A DNA stretch of 64,000 bases. Source: Caldisericia bacterium. GTDB lineage: Bacteria > Caldisericota > Caldisericia > JAAYUI01. Positions within the stretch are counted from its first letter, which is position 1, and each line of letters starts with the position of its first letter. Under the pieces are notes generated by a model. The model did not search any database. It saw only the letters and a program-made list of their open reading frames with translations, and was not told the DNA's origin. Where the stretch lies: contig JAGOOK010000001.1 in assembly GCA_017992555.1 (NCBI GenBank), positions 100,134-164,133 on the forward strand, written 5' to 3'. The position numbers were made by a program, and so were the translations under genes. Shown in pieces: positions 55,666 to 64,000 of the stretch.

Positions 55666-56110
55666 TCTTGAAAACTTTAGAGAGCTTGTCTTGAATGGCA
55701 AGAAGGCAGCTTTTTCAAAAACCATCCTCATTCCTGAAAAAGAGGCGAGAGAAATTCTTGAAAGAATAATCCAGGATTTTCCTGTCGAATTTGAAGAAGC
55801 CTCGGAAATCGTAAGAAAGCGCGCGGACCTGATCAGACAGGCTGAAATAGAGGCTGAATCAATAAAGCTCAATGCCGACGAGAGGGCAAAAATCATAAAA
55901 GAGGCCACAGAAAAGGCCCAGGGAATAATCAATCAGGCAAACTTTGAGGCCTCCAGGATAATCGAGGAAGCAAAAACCGAATCAAAAAACATGGTTTGCC
56001 AGACCAATGATTTTGTCAAAAAAATCCTGGAACAGGCAAAAACATCCATAGTAAGATCCCAAGCAATACTTGAAGAATCAATCGAAGGTACAAAGAATGC
56101 CAATCTATGA
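55649..56110 (+). CDS. coiled-coil hypothetical protein
   Basis: 153 aa, E/K/A/I-rich heptad sequence (AEIEAESIKLNADERAKIIKEATEKAQGIINQANFEASRIIEEAK). No family recognised with confidence. Confidence 0.5.
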   Translation: MGIISDLENFRELVLNGKKAAFSKTILIPEKEAREILERIIQDFPVEFEEASEIVRKRADLIRQAEIEAESIKLNADERAKIIKEATEKAQGIINQANFEASRIIEEAKTESKNMVCQTNDFVKKILEQAKTSIVRSQAILEESIEGTKNANL

Positions 56111-56309
56111 GTACAAGTGCCCTGCTTGCGGGCACAAATTTTCAGAGCTTTTATCGTATGATGCCAAAAACCCAAAATGTCCCAAGTGTGGATGTGAAAA
56201 CACCAAAAAAATGGTGTCTTCATTTTCCTCGCCATCTTTTTCAGCAAATTCTTCAGGCTCGTCCTGCAATTCATGTAACGGAGGTTCGTGTAGCTCATGT
56301 CAAAGATAG
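56097..56309 (+). CDS. FmdB-family zinc-ribbon protein (CxxC...CxxC with S/C-rich tail)
   Basis: MPIYEYKCPACGHKFSELLSYDAKNPKCPKCGCENTKKMVS plus the tail SSGSSCNSCNGGSCSSC. ATG 56097 lies inside the 3' end of the previous gene. Confidence 0.7.
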   Translation: MPIYEYKCPACGHKFSELLSYDAKNPKCPKCGCENTKKMVSSFSSPSFSANSSGSSCNSCNGGSCSSCQR

Positions 56310-57508
56310 ACCCTTGTAGACTCAGAAGAGATTTTACAGTCCTGGACAGGGAAAACCCACCCATTTACCTCGACAACGCCTGCATGACACTAAAACCCAA
56401 ACAGGTTGTCGATGCAATGACCACCTATTATGACGAGTACCCGGTCTGCGAGGGAAGATCGGCCCATGCGATGGCAATGAGGCTTGAGCAGGACATGCTC
56501 GCATCAAGAAGGGCCATAAAAGATTACATTAAAGCAAACCATGTAAACGAGGTTGTGTTCACAAGGAATACTTCCGAATCAATAAGCATAGTTTCATACG
56601 GCATAGACTGGAAACCTGGCGATATTGTGCTGGTTTCAGACAAGGAACACAATTCAAACTTTGTCCCATGGTTCAGGCTGAAAGAATGGGGTGTAAAGGT
56701 CATCGTTGTACCATCCGGAGATGACGGAAGATTCTCAGTCGACAATTGGGCAAAAGCGATAAAAGAGTCAAAACCAAGACTCATAAGCTTCTACCACACC
56801 TCAAATCTCGATGGTGAAACCTCAAGGGTGGCCGAGGTGTGCAAGCTTGGGAAAGAGGCCGGGGCCCTGGTGTGCCTCGATGCGGCGCAGGGAGCGGCGC
56901 ATGTCCCGCTCAATGTTCAGGAGATCGGCTGTGATTTCATGGCCATCTCAATCCACAAGATGTGTGGGCCAACAGGCATGGGTGCACTTTATGGGAAGCT
57001 TGAGGAATTAAGAAAACTTAAACCACTAACAACAGGTGGAGGAACAGTATTTTCTGTGACATACGACGAAGTAAAACTGCTTGATCCTCCAAGAAAATTC
57101 GAGGCCGGGCTGCAAAATTACGCCGGTATTGTAGGTGTAAAGCCAGCCATAGACTACATCGAATCAATAGGGCTCTCGAACATACACGAACACGAAATTG
57201 AACTGAACCAGTACCTGCAAGACCTTCTTGAGGGCGTCCCGCAAATAAAGATCCTTGGGCCAAAAGATGCCAAGGACAGGGGCGGAATAACAAGCATGAC
57301 GGTCGAAGGCTACAATGTCCATGATCTTGCCATGCTCCTAGACGACAGGGTCGGAATAATGCTTAGGGCAGGTTTCCATTGTGTGCACGGCTGGTTCAAT
57401 TCAAGGGGGATCGACGGCACATTGAGGGTTTCAACTTACCTCTACAACACAAAAGAGGAGATGGAGATGTTTGCCAGCGCCATCAAAGAGATAATCGCGG
57501 AGGAATGA
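56297..57508 (+). CDS. class V aminotransferase / cysteine desulfurase-like (SufS/Csd family)
   Basis: 403 aa. IYLDNACMTLKP, PLP-lysine block AISIHKMCGPTGMGALYG, and RAGFHCVHGWF. Confidence 0.85.
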   Translation: MSKIDPCRLRRDFTVLDRENPPIYLDNACMTLKPKQVVDAMTTYYDEYPVCEGRSAHAMAMRLEQDMLASRRAIKDYIKANHVNEVVFTRNTSESISIVSYGIDWKPGDIVLVSDKEHNSNFVPWFRLKEWGVKVIVVPSGDDGRFSVDNWAKAIKESKPRLISFYHTSNLDGETSRVAEVCKLGKEAGALVCLDAAQGAAHVPLNVQEIGCDFMAISIHKMCGPTGMGALYGKLEELRKLKPLTTGGGTVFSVTYDEVKLLDPPRKFEAGLQNYAGIVGVKPAIDYIESIGLSNIHEHEIELNQYLQDLLEGVPQIKILGPKDAKDRGGITSMTVEGYNVHDLAMLLDDRVGIMLRAGFHCVHGWFNSRGIDGTLRVSTYLYNTKEEMEMFASAIKEIIAEE

Positions 57509-60500
57509 TGAAAAGATTTGCATCGTTGACGCTTGCCATAATAATGCTTGTAACCCTGCTGCCGCTTGCAGGCCAGGTGCAGGCATCGGACTACTCCTTT
57601 GCAGGGCTGATAGAAAAGATAACATCAGAAGCCCCCATGAAATACATTGAAAAACTCTCGTCAAAGGAATTCAGGGGCAGAATGGTTGGCGATCCCGGAG
57701 AGAAGATAACAACGGACTACATTGCCTCATTGTACAAATCATTTGGCCTCAAACCGGCAGGCGACGACGGCACATACTTCCAAAATCTCACTACCTCCGT
57801 TTTTCTTCCAAAATCACCAGTGGATTTCAGAATGGTCACAGAGGATGGAGGAACAGAAAAACAGTTTGTTTACAAAAAAGATTACAATTTCCTCCAGGTA
57901 ACCGGCTCAGGCAAGGCAAACGCAGATACTATTTTTGCAGGATTTGGAATATCAACCCAAAAATACAATTATGACGACTACAAGGGGATTGATGTCAAAG
58001 GCAAAGTTGTTGCCGTAATAAGGCATGCTCCGGATTACCTCAGGGAGCTGGCTGGTCAGGAAGCAGATTCCCTTATGGCTTTCCAGTACAAGGTAGACAA
58101 TGCAATAGCTCATGGAGCATCTGCCGTTGTTGTGTTTGAAAACCCAATGCTCCCACCTGAAAACAGAAGAAACATGAACGAGAAGATTGTCAGTGCATAC
58201 CCTTCTTCCATCCCATGCTTTTTTGTCTCTGTGGAATGCTCGAACCAGGTACTCTCAAAATCAGGTATGACCTCCGAACAGCTATTCAAAAAAATCAACG
58301 ATTCCAAATCTCCTAGTTCTTTCCCAATCAAAAACACAAGGCTCCAGGTTGAAGTTAACGCGGAATTCAATCCTGCATACAAAACCTCCAATGTCGTCGG
58401 CTATATTCCGGCCTCAGACCCATTTGGTGCAAACGAAACCGTCCTCATAACAGCACACTACGACCACCTCGGTGTGGATGTTGACGGCACCCTTTATCCA
58501 GGCGCATGCGACAATGCCTCTGGTGTTGCATCAATGCTTGAAATTGCGAGGGCCTTCACGGACAGTGGCCTCAAGCCAAAAATAAACATCTGTTTTGCAG
58601 CGCTTACCGGTGAAGAGCTTGGCCTTGTCGGGGCAAGCTACATGGCCAATAACCCGCCTTTCCCGCTTGATGGAATGACAGTACTCAACCTTGACATGGT
58701 CTGCGGAGAACCAAACAGAATCAACCTCTCCATGGATGCCAATTTCACCGACCTCTTTGACAAATTGAAATTTTCCGGACTAAAGGTCGGCGCCAATGTG
58801 GGACAGGGAAGACCCGCAAACAACAACGATTCTGCGGCATTCTACGCAAAGGGTGTCCCATCAGTCTTCATATTTGGTGGAAAAGGCATGATGTGGCATG
58901 ACCCGGAAGACACCATAGAGCACGTCAATCCGGAGGGCCTCCAGCTTTGCACAAGGTTCGCGGCACTGACAACGTGTTTCTATGCTGAACCGTTCTTCCT
59001 TGCACTTGACAACCAGACACTGGAATCTCCAGCACCTGACTATGTTATATCAGGTTACACCGGGAGAGGGGCAAGGGTCACCATCGGTGGCAGGCAGACA
59101 ATAGCCTCCGAAACTGGAAAATTCTCCATTCCGGTAACACTTGGTGAAGGCAAGAATGATTTGAAGGTCACAGCCACAAAACCATCATCCGGCGAGAAGA
59201 TCGAAAAAACAATCACTGTTTCATACGTTCTCCAGGCAAAGGCCGAACTTTCCACATCAATGCTGAACTTTGGCTTTGTGACCCAGAGATCAGAGCCAAA
59301 AACAATCACATTTACAATCACAAACACAGGCAAGGGTCCACTTTCCGGAACATTGAAACCATGCTCCGACTGGCTTGAAATAAAGCCAGCCAAACTCAAT
59401 CCCGACAAAACCACCGTTGAGGCAACGCTGTTGCCAAAATGGCTAATTCCAAAGGGCTTCCATATATGCATGATCCAGATTGAGACATTGGGCGGAATGG
59501 TTTTCCTTCCTGTAACCGCAGTCACAGGCGAGGAGCCAACCGTAGAACTCGTCATGACATCAGGGTCAAAAAGGGTAAAAATCCAGGGCGATGACGTACC
59601 AGTGAGCCAGGGGTTTGAGGTCGTGTCAAATGCCAATTGCTATCCATCATCCGTTCTTTCGATGTCATTTGGAATGCTCGTAAAAAAAGATGCTGACGGG
59701 ATAAAACTCACCTTCAATGACGAGCAGTACAGGTTGTGGACAGGTTCGGCAGTTGGATTGAAGGGCAATGTTCCATTCACACTCAAAAAAGAAGTTTATG
59801 AGAACAAAGATGAGGTAATGCTCCCCGAGAGCCTTCTTGAGATCATGGGCATGGGAATCGAGAAGAAAGAGGGTGGTCAGGTCGCAATCACCTACGATAT
59901 GTCAAAGGTTGCCCCATTCTCTGCCGAGATTTTCCCACCGGATTTCATTGAGCTTGAACAGGACACAAAATATTCCAAAGATTTCACCTGGATGACACTA
60001 CAGCATATCAAATTCACACCAAACAGGAGCGGGTTTTTAAGCTACGTTGTTCCGAACTGGTTGTACCTAATAGGAGGTTACAATTATCCTAATGATTATC
60101 CTGTTGAAAGCGGCAAAACAATTGAAATACAGCCATTCCCCAATAATGCGCTCATAAACCAGCTTAAACCAAAATCTGGAAAAATTGAGTTCTTTATAAA
60201 TGGGCACACCGTCGGATCAGTTGAAGTAAAACTCAAATACACAAACACAAAAAGGATAATCTCGATTGTAATCGGATCAAAAACAGCCACCATTGATGGC
60301 GAGGAAAAAGAAGTCTCCCCACCGGCCTTTATAGAAAAAGGAACCACTTATGTTCCATACAGGTTTATCGGAGAGCCTTTTGGCGCAAAGGTGGAATGGG
60401 TGCAGCAGACCAGGAGTGTCCGTGCAACAATAGGCACAACCACGATCGAGCTGACCATCAATTCCAAAAAAGCAATCATCAACGGTGTCCCGACAACACT

Positions 60501-63500
60501 CCAGAGCCCGGCAATAATAAAAGATGGAAGGACATTCGTCCCGATAAGATTTATTGGCGAGGCCTTTGGCGCCGATGTGAACTGGGATCAGAAAACAAAA
60601 ACAGTTCTTGTAACGTTGGACCTTGCAAAAGATAAACCGCTTATTGATGTGGACAAAAACAACATAGATATTCAGTGGCACGATGCAACACCAAACGCAA
60701 TCCCGCCAAAAACAACAGTGACAATAGTAAACAAGGGTGGCGGGAAGATAATCATCAAGGAACCCATCGACACTACAAGCACCATGAAAACAACTCGCGT
60801 TTCCGTTTCAAAGGAAAAGGTTACCCTTACCCCAATATTTGGAAGCGATCTACCCATTGAAACAAGTGATGCGGCAATAGTTGCAACCAACAATGGAATT
60901 GTGGGGTTAAACTTCAATATTGGCATCTATCCAAAAGACTCGGTCCTCTTCTCATCAAAAGGAAACTTTTACAAAATCAACGGCTTTGAACAACAGGACC
61001 AGCCAAAGGTGCTCGATGGACTGGTCTCAACATCTGTCCTCAAATTCATTTCCTCCTGTGGTGGATCAAGCATCTTTGACCCAACAAGCGGCAATCTTGT
61101 CGTAATGATGAGGGGTAAAACGCTTGAGCTTGGCACAAAGACAGGTGATTTCTTCCTTGATGGTGCCAAAATGCCATGGAAGTTTGGATATGAGGTAAAA
61201 GGCGAAGATGTCATCTTGCCTTGGGCCTGCCTTTCACTCGCATTTGGCCTGGAAATAAGTGAAAACTACGAGAGCGTAAGGGTCTGGCTCAAGAAAGAGC
61301 CCCAGCCCCTGCTTTCACTCGACTGGCCAAGCATTGATCTTGTGAAAATGAACGACAAAAAGGTGGCAAAACCGTTTGAAACAAAGTTGTATCCAATAAG
61401 AGAAGGCGGCAAGTACAGCCTTATCCAGGACCAGTCACCATACAAGCTTTTCTTCTTCTATTCCAACAACCAGGCATGTGCCAGAATGATACCATCTATC
61501 GAGAGTATCTTCAGAAGGTACAAGGACAAAGGTCTGTCCTGCTACCTTGTATCAAACTCGATACCAACAGATTCTGCAACAGAACAGTTTTTCGCAGGTA
61601 ACAGAGACATAATGGAGGGGCTTGACTCGCTCTCGATTACTGGCCTCACCCTGCCGATCATGTTTAATGAAAGCGGCGAGATTTGTGAGGGTTTCCCTGG
61701 CGAATCAGTTCCAAGACTCTATATTCTCAATTCCAAGGATGAACTTGTTTTTGCCCTTCCAGACGCAAGCCAGTCCCAGCTTATCTATCTTGAGCAGACC
61801 ACCGCTTCAATTTTTGACAACCAGGGCATTGTTCCCCCTGATGTCCTCACAGTTAATGTTTCCAATAAGGGCGGCTCTGCAGGCCAGGGCTCAATAACAT
61901 CGAACTCACCGCTGGTCAATGTTCTGACTGGCACCTTCAGAAGTTCGCCTGCGCAGGTTTCATTGAGCTTTAATCCATCTCAGGTTGAACTCAAGAACAC
62001 ACCAAACTACAAAACCGCAACAGCGACTCTGCTTGGAACAAGCAACCAGGTTGAGATACCTGTCAGGTGCTGGAATATTCCGCCATTCACATCCTTTTCC
62101 AGCTGGTATGAAGGCTCAAAAACCATAAGGATAAATGGCTCAAACATCAGCATGCCTGTTGCTGCCACTGCAGGCGATGATCCGGTGGGGCCAATAGGGC
62201 TGATTGCAAAATCCATAGGCGCAGAAGTACGAATCCTCTCCAACCAAACTGTCAGGTTTATTGCAGGGCAGAATGAAGCGACAATGTACATTGGGCAAAA
62301 CTTTGCCGAATCTGGCGGATCAAAATTCGAGTTTGGTGGCAAATTCTCGATAGAATCAGGAGAAATATATGGCCCTGTAAAATTCCTGTCACAATTTGCA
62401 GGAGCAACTCTCCAGAATTTTGACGGAACAATAGTTTTATGGGCACCAACAATAAAGGGAAGGGCAACAACCCCGCTCCTCTCGGTTGATAAATCTAGTC
62501 TGATGTTCAATTCATACATCCCGCCAGCAGGTGGTTTCAGAGCGGCACCGGATTTTGAACTCCCAAGCTACCCATACTCCTCGGGAGCCAAAACAAAGCT
62601 CTCCGAGCTCCTCAAAAAACCGGAAGTGCAAGTTGTCATAATTGATTTCTGGGCGACATGGTGTCCACCATGCAAGTCTTCCATGCCTCATCTGGAAAAA
62701 CTCTGGAGAAATTACAAAAACAAAGGTCTTGTGGTGCTTGGTGTCATCACCGACCAGGACGAAAAGACAGATGAAGACATTGAAGAAACACTCACTGAAG
62801 ACCCAAGGATAAAGGGAGGCTTGAAATCGCTTGGCCTGGACAAAATAACTTACCCGATGTGCTACGACATAAGGCCGGAGCTCAAGACGTTCCGCCTTTA
62901 CGAAGGAAAGGCAATTCCAAGGCTCGTTGTCATTACAAAAGACATGAAATGGGCATACACAAATGTGGGTTTCTGGGACCAGGGCGTAAGGAATCTTGAG
63001 TTCAAAATAAAAAGGTTGCTTGGAATTGAAGAAGGCGCAAAAATCCCGTCTCTCAACCTTTCAAACATTGGTGTTGGCGAACTCTCCGGAACAATAACAA
63101 GCTCCCTCCCGTACATAACGCCAAAAAACGCGAACTTTTCCACCACTGACTCTACCTCAATCGAGTTCTCGGTCAATACCTGGACCGCTCCAGTATTCCC
63201 AGAAACGGGGACAATAACTATTGAGTCCAATGGTGGAAAATTCATCTGCGACATCCAGTACAATCCTGTTTTTGAAAACAGGGCCCTGGAGCTTAAAATC
63301 AACACTGATGACAACTCTCTCGTCTTCAATAACCTTAAAACCAAAATTTTTGTGCCAACAAAAAGGTTTGGTGACAAATATCTGGTTGCAATCAACTCAT
63401 TGCTCCCTGCGCTTGGCGGGTCGGCCTCCGTGCTTCCTGACAGGAAAAGGGCACTGGGTCAGTTCGAAACATGGCAAATAAGTGTCGAGCACAACAAAAC

Positions 63501-63660
63501 AGCCATATCTGCAGGGCCATTTACCTTAAACGCACAGGCCCCAACAATCATTGAGGGTAGTGACATCTTTGTGGACTTTGAAACACTCTGCGACATAATC
63601 GGAGCAGAGGCATCTTTTGAAAACGAAAACAAAACACTGGTGTTGAGGTACGAGATATGA
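57505..63660 (+). CDS. giant secreted multidomain protein: PA/M28 aminopeptidase, Ig/ASH-like beta-sandwiches, about 5 copper-amine-oxidase-N-like modules and two thioredoxin-fold (TlpA-like) modules
   Basis: The track ORF starts at 57379, but the signal peptide MMKRFASLTLAIIMLVTLLPLAGQVQA starts at ATG 57505/57508, overlapping the upstream stop. M28 motifs: ITAHYDHLG, CDNASGVASMLEIARAF, TGEELGLVGASY, LNLDMV. CuAO-N-like: GTTYVPYRFIGEPFGAKVEW / GRTFVPIRFIGEAFGADVNW. Trx module 1 is degenerate (FFFYSNNQACARMIP, 61468-61479). Trx module 2 is intact (IDFWATWCPPCKSSMP, CPPC at 62662-62673). Confidence 0.85.
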   Translation: MMKRFASLTLAIIMLVTLLPLAGQVQASDYSFAGLIEKITSEAPMKYIEKLSSKEFRGRMVGDPGEKITTDYIASLYKSFGLKPAGDDGTYFQNLTTSVFLPKSPVDFRMVTEDGGTEKQFVYKKDYNFLQVTGSGKANADTIFAGFGISTQKYNYDDYKGIDVKGKVVAVIRHAPDYLRELAGQEADSLMAFQYKVDNAIAHGASAVVVFENPMLPPENRRNMNEKIVSAYPSSIPCFFVSVECSNQVLSKSGMTSEQLFKKINDSKSPSSFPIKNTRLQVEVNAEFNPAYKTSNVVGYIPASDPFGANETVLITAHYDHLGVDVDGTLYPGACDNASGVASMLEIARAFTDSGLKPKINICFAALTGEELGLVGASYMANNPPFPLDGMTVLNLDMVCGEPNRINLSMDANFTDLFDKLKFSGLKVGANVGQGRPANNNDSAAFYAKGVPSVFIFGGKGMMWHDPEDTIEHVNPEGLQLCTRFAALTTCFYAEPFFLALDNQTLESPAPDYVISGYTGRGARVTIGGRQTIASETGKFSIPVTLGEGKNDLKVTATKPSSGEKIEKTITVSYVLQAKAELSTSMLNFGFVTQRSEPKTITFTITNTGKGPLSGTLKPCSDWLEIKPAKLNPDKTTVEATLLPKWLIPKGFHICMIQIETLGGMVFLPVTAVTGEEPTVELVMTSGSKRVKIQGDDVPVSQGFEVVSNANCYPSSVLSMSFGMLVKKDADGIKLTFNDEQYRLWTGSAVGLKGNVPFTLKKEVYENKDEVMLPESLLEIMGMGIEKKEGGQVAITYDMSKVAPFSAEIFPPDFIELEQDTKYSKDFTWMTLQHIKFTPNRSGFLSYVVPNWLYLIGGYNYPNDYPVESGKTIEIQPFPNNALINQLKPKSGKIEFFINGHTVGSVEVKLKYTNTKRIISIVIGSKTATIDGEEKEVSPPAFIEKGTTYVPYRFIGEPFGAKVEWVQQTRSVRATIGTTTIELTINSKKAIINGVPTTLQSPAIIKDGRTFVPIRFIGEAFGADVNWDQKTKTVLVTLDLAKDKPLIDVDKNNIDIQWHDATPNAIPPKTTVTIVNKGGGKIIIKEPIDTTSTMKTTRVSVSKEKVTLTPIFGSDLPIETSDAAIVATNNGIVGLNFNIGIYPKDSVLFSSKGNFYKINGFEQQDQPKVLDGLVSTSVLKFISSCGGSSIFDPTSGNLVVMMRGKTLELGTKTGDFFLDGAKMPWKFGYEVKGEDVILPWACLSLAFGLEISENYESVRVWLKKEPQPLLSLDWPSIDLVKMNDKKVAKPFETKLYPIREGGKYSLIQDQSPYKLFFFYSNNQACARMIPSIESIFRRYKDKGLSCYLVSNSIPTDSATEQFFAGNRDIMEGLDSLSITGLTLPIMFNESGEICEGFPGESVPRLYILNSKDELVFALPDASQSQLIYLEQTTASIFDNQGIVPPDVLTVNVSNKGGSAGQGSITSNSPLVNVLTGTFRSSPAQVSLSFNPSQVELKNTPNYKTATATLLGTSNQVEIPVRCWNIPPFTSFSSWYEGSKTIRINGSNISMPVAATAGDDPVGPIGLIAKSIGAEVRILSNQTVRFIAGQNEATMYIGQNFAESGGSKFEFGGKFSIESGEIYGPVKFLSQFAGATLQNFDGTIVLWAPTIKGRATTPLLSVDKSSLMFNSYIPPAGGFRAAPDFELPSYPYSSGAKTKLSELLKKPEVQVVIIDFWATWCPPCKSSMPHLEKLWRNYKNKGLVVLGVITDQDEKTDEDIEETLTEDPRIKGGLKSLGLDKITYPMCYDIRPELKTFRLYEGKAIPRLVVITKDMKWAYTNVGFWDQGVRNLEFKIKRLLGIEEGAKIPSLNLSNIGVGELSGTITSSLPYITPKNANFSTTDSTSIEFSVNTWTAPVFPETGTITIESNGGKFICDIQYNPVFENRALELKINTDDNSLVFNNLKTKIFVPTKRFGDKYLVAINSLLPALGGSASVLPDRKRALGQFETWQISVEHNKTAISAGPFTLNAQAPTIIEGSDIFVDFETLCDIIGAEASFENENKTLVLRYEI

Positions 63661-63863
63661 GCGAAATGACGGATGAAGCAGAATTTGTAGTAGATATTCT
63701 CAAGGGAAAAGGCAAAATAACTACCACCCAGATTGAGGAGGCCATCAAGGCCCAGGGGATCGCATGCAGGGATGCAGCATCAAGATTCCTGCCCGGACTC
63801 AAAGCTCAGGGTTTTATAAAGGGCGAATTCAAAAACAAAACATGGACATGGTGGGTTGATTGA
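63657..63863 (+). CDS. 68-aa small protein, winged-helix-like
   Basis: [62 protein letters not shown] overlap with the giant gene's stop, and its own stop overlaps the uvrC ATG. Confidence 0.45.
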   Translation: MSEMTDEAEFVVDILKGKGKITTTQIEEAIKAQGIACRDAASRFLPGLKAQGFIKGEFKNKTWTWWVD

Positions 63864-64000
63864 TGATAGAGCTTGAAGAGAAGGTAAAAAACCTTCCACT
63901 CAAGCCAGGTGTTTATCTCTTCAAGGACTCCACCGGGAAGGTCATATACGTCGGAAAGGCAAAATGCCTTCGTGACAGAGTTTCATCGTATCTGGACAAA
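63863..64000 (+). CDS. uvrC: excinuclease ABC subunit C, 5' fragment (runs off the window end)
   Basis: Hand translation [46 protein letters not shown] matches the GIY-YIG N-terminus of UvrC. Confidence 0.85.
   Translation, partial: MIELEEKVKNLPLKPGVYLFKDSTGKVIYVGKAKCLRDRVSSYLDK

Noticed and set aside
57379-57504. A 42-codon extension at the 5' end of the giant ORF (the track starts at 57379).
   Set aside because: It lies inside the 3' end of the cysteine desulfurase-like gene in another frame. A textbook signal peptide begins at ATG 57505/57508, which overlaps the upstream stop.

Overview
All calls below are made by eye from the sequence and the ORF track; no searches were run. The window is a densely coding bacterial chromosomal segment of moderate GC. 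Starts are Shine-Dalgarno-led (AGGAGG type), and many neighbouring genes overlap by 1-4 nt (ATGA or GTGA), so genes sit in long co-directional blocks.

Gene order resembles Firmicutes/Terrabacteria: pheS-pheT-polX-mutS2, hpf-secA-prfB and rsmD-coaD. I see no rRNA genes, CRISPR arrays, transposases, integrases or recognisable defence systems.

There are three tRNAs: Met(CAT), Asn(GTT) and a 92-nt tRNA-Sec(TCA).

Housekeeping genes recognised with good support: mutS2, polX, pheST, rho, secA, prfB (canonical +1 frameshift site CTT TGA C), selB, trkA x2 and trkH, fabD, guaB, mglBA, rsmD, coaD, and a uvrC 5' fragment.

Main points of interest:
1. A Ras-like GTPase, a DUF4388 protein and a TPR/CofE-like protein sit at the end of the pheST-polX-mutS2 operon. 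Two Roadblock/LC7 genes are transcribed divergently from the head of the same operon. One of them has a long acidic tail with a CX3CX2CX2C knot, next to a radical SAM/SPASM enzyme.
2. A UGA-decoding block, prfB-selB-tRNA-Sec, is embedded in a roughly 10-kb run of closely spaced genes (hpf to trkH).
3. A separate mglBA pair is present.
4. An envelope and thiol-redox neighbourhood spans 44-64 kb. It holds a C25-like peptidase-cohesin protein, a 982-aa surface protein, two tandem TlpA-like lipoproteins, a glutaredoxin-like gene with an FTRc-rubredoxin fusion, and a roughly 2050-aa secreted protein. The large protein combines an M28 aminopeptidase, repeated copper-amine-oxidase-N-like modules and two thioredoxin-fold modules, one CPPC and one degenerate.

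Functional interpretations of the unusual gene combinations are inference.
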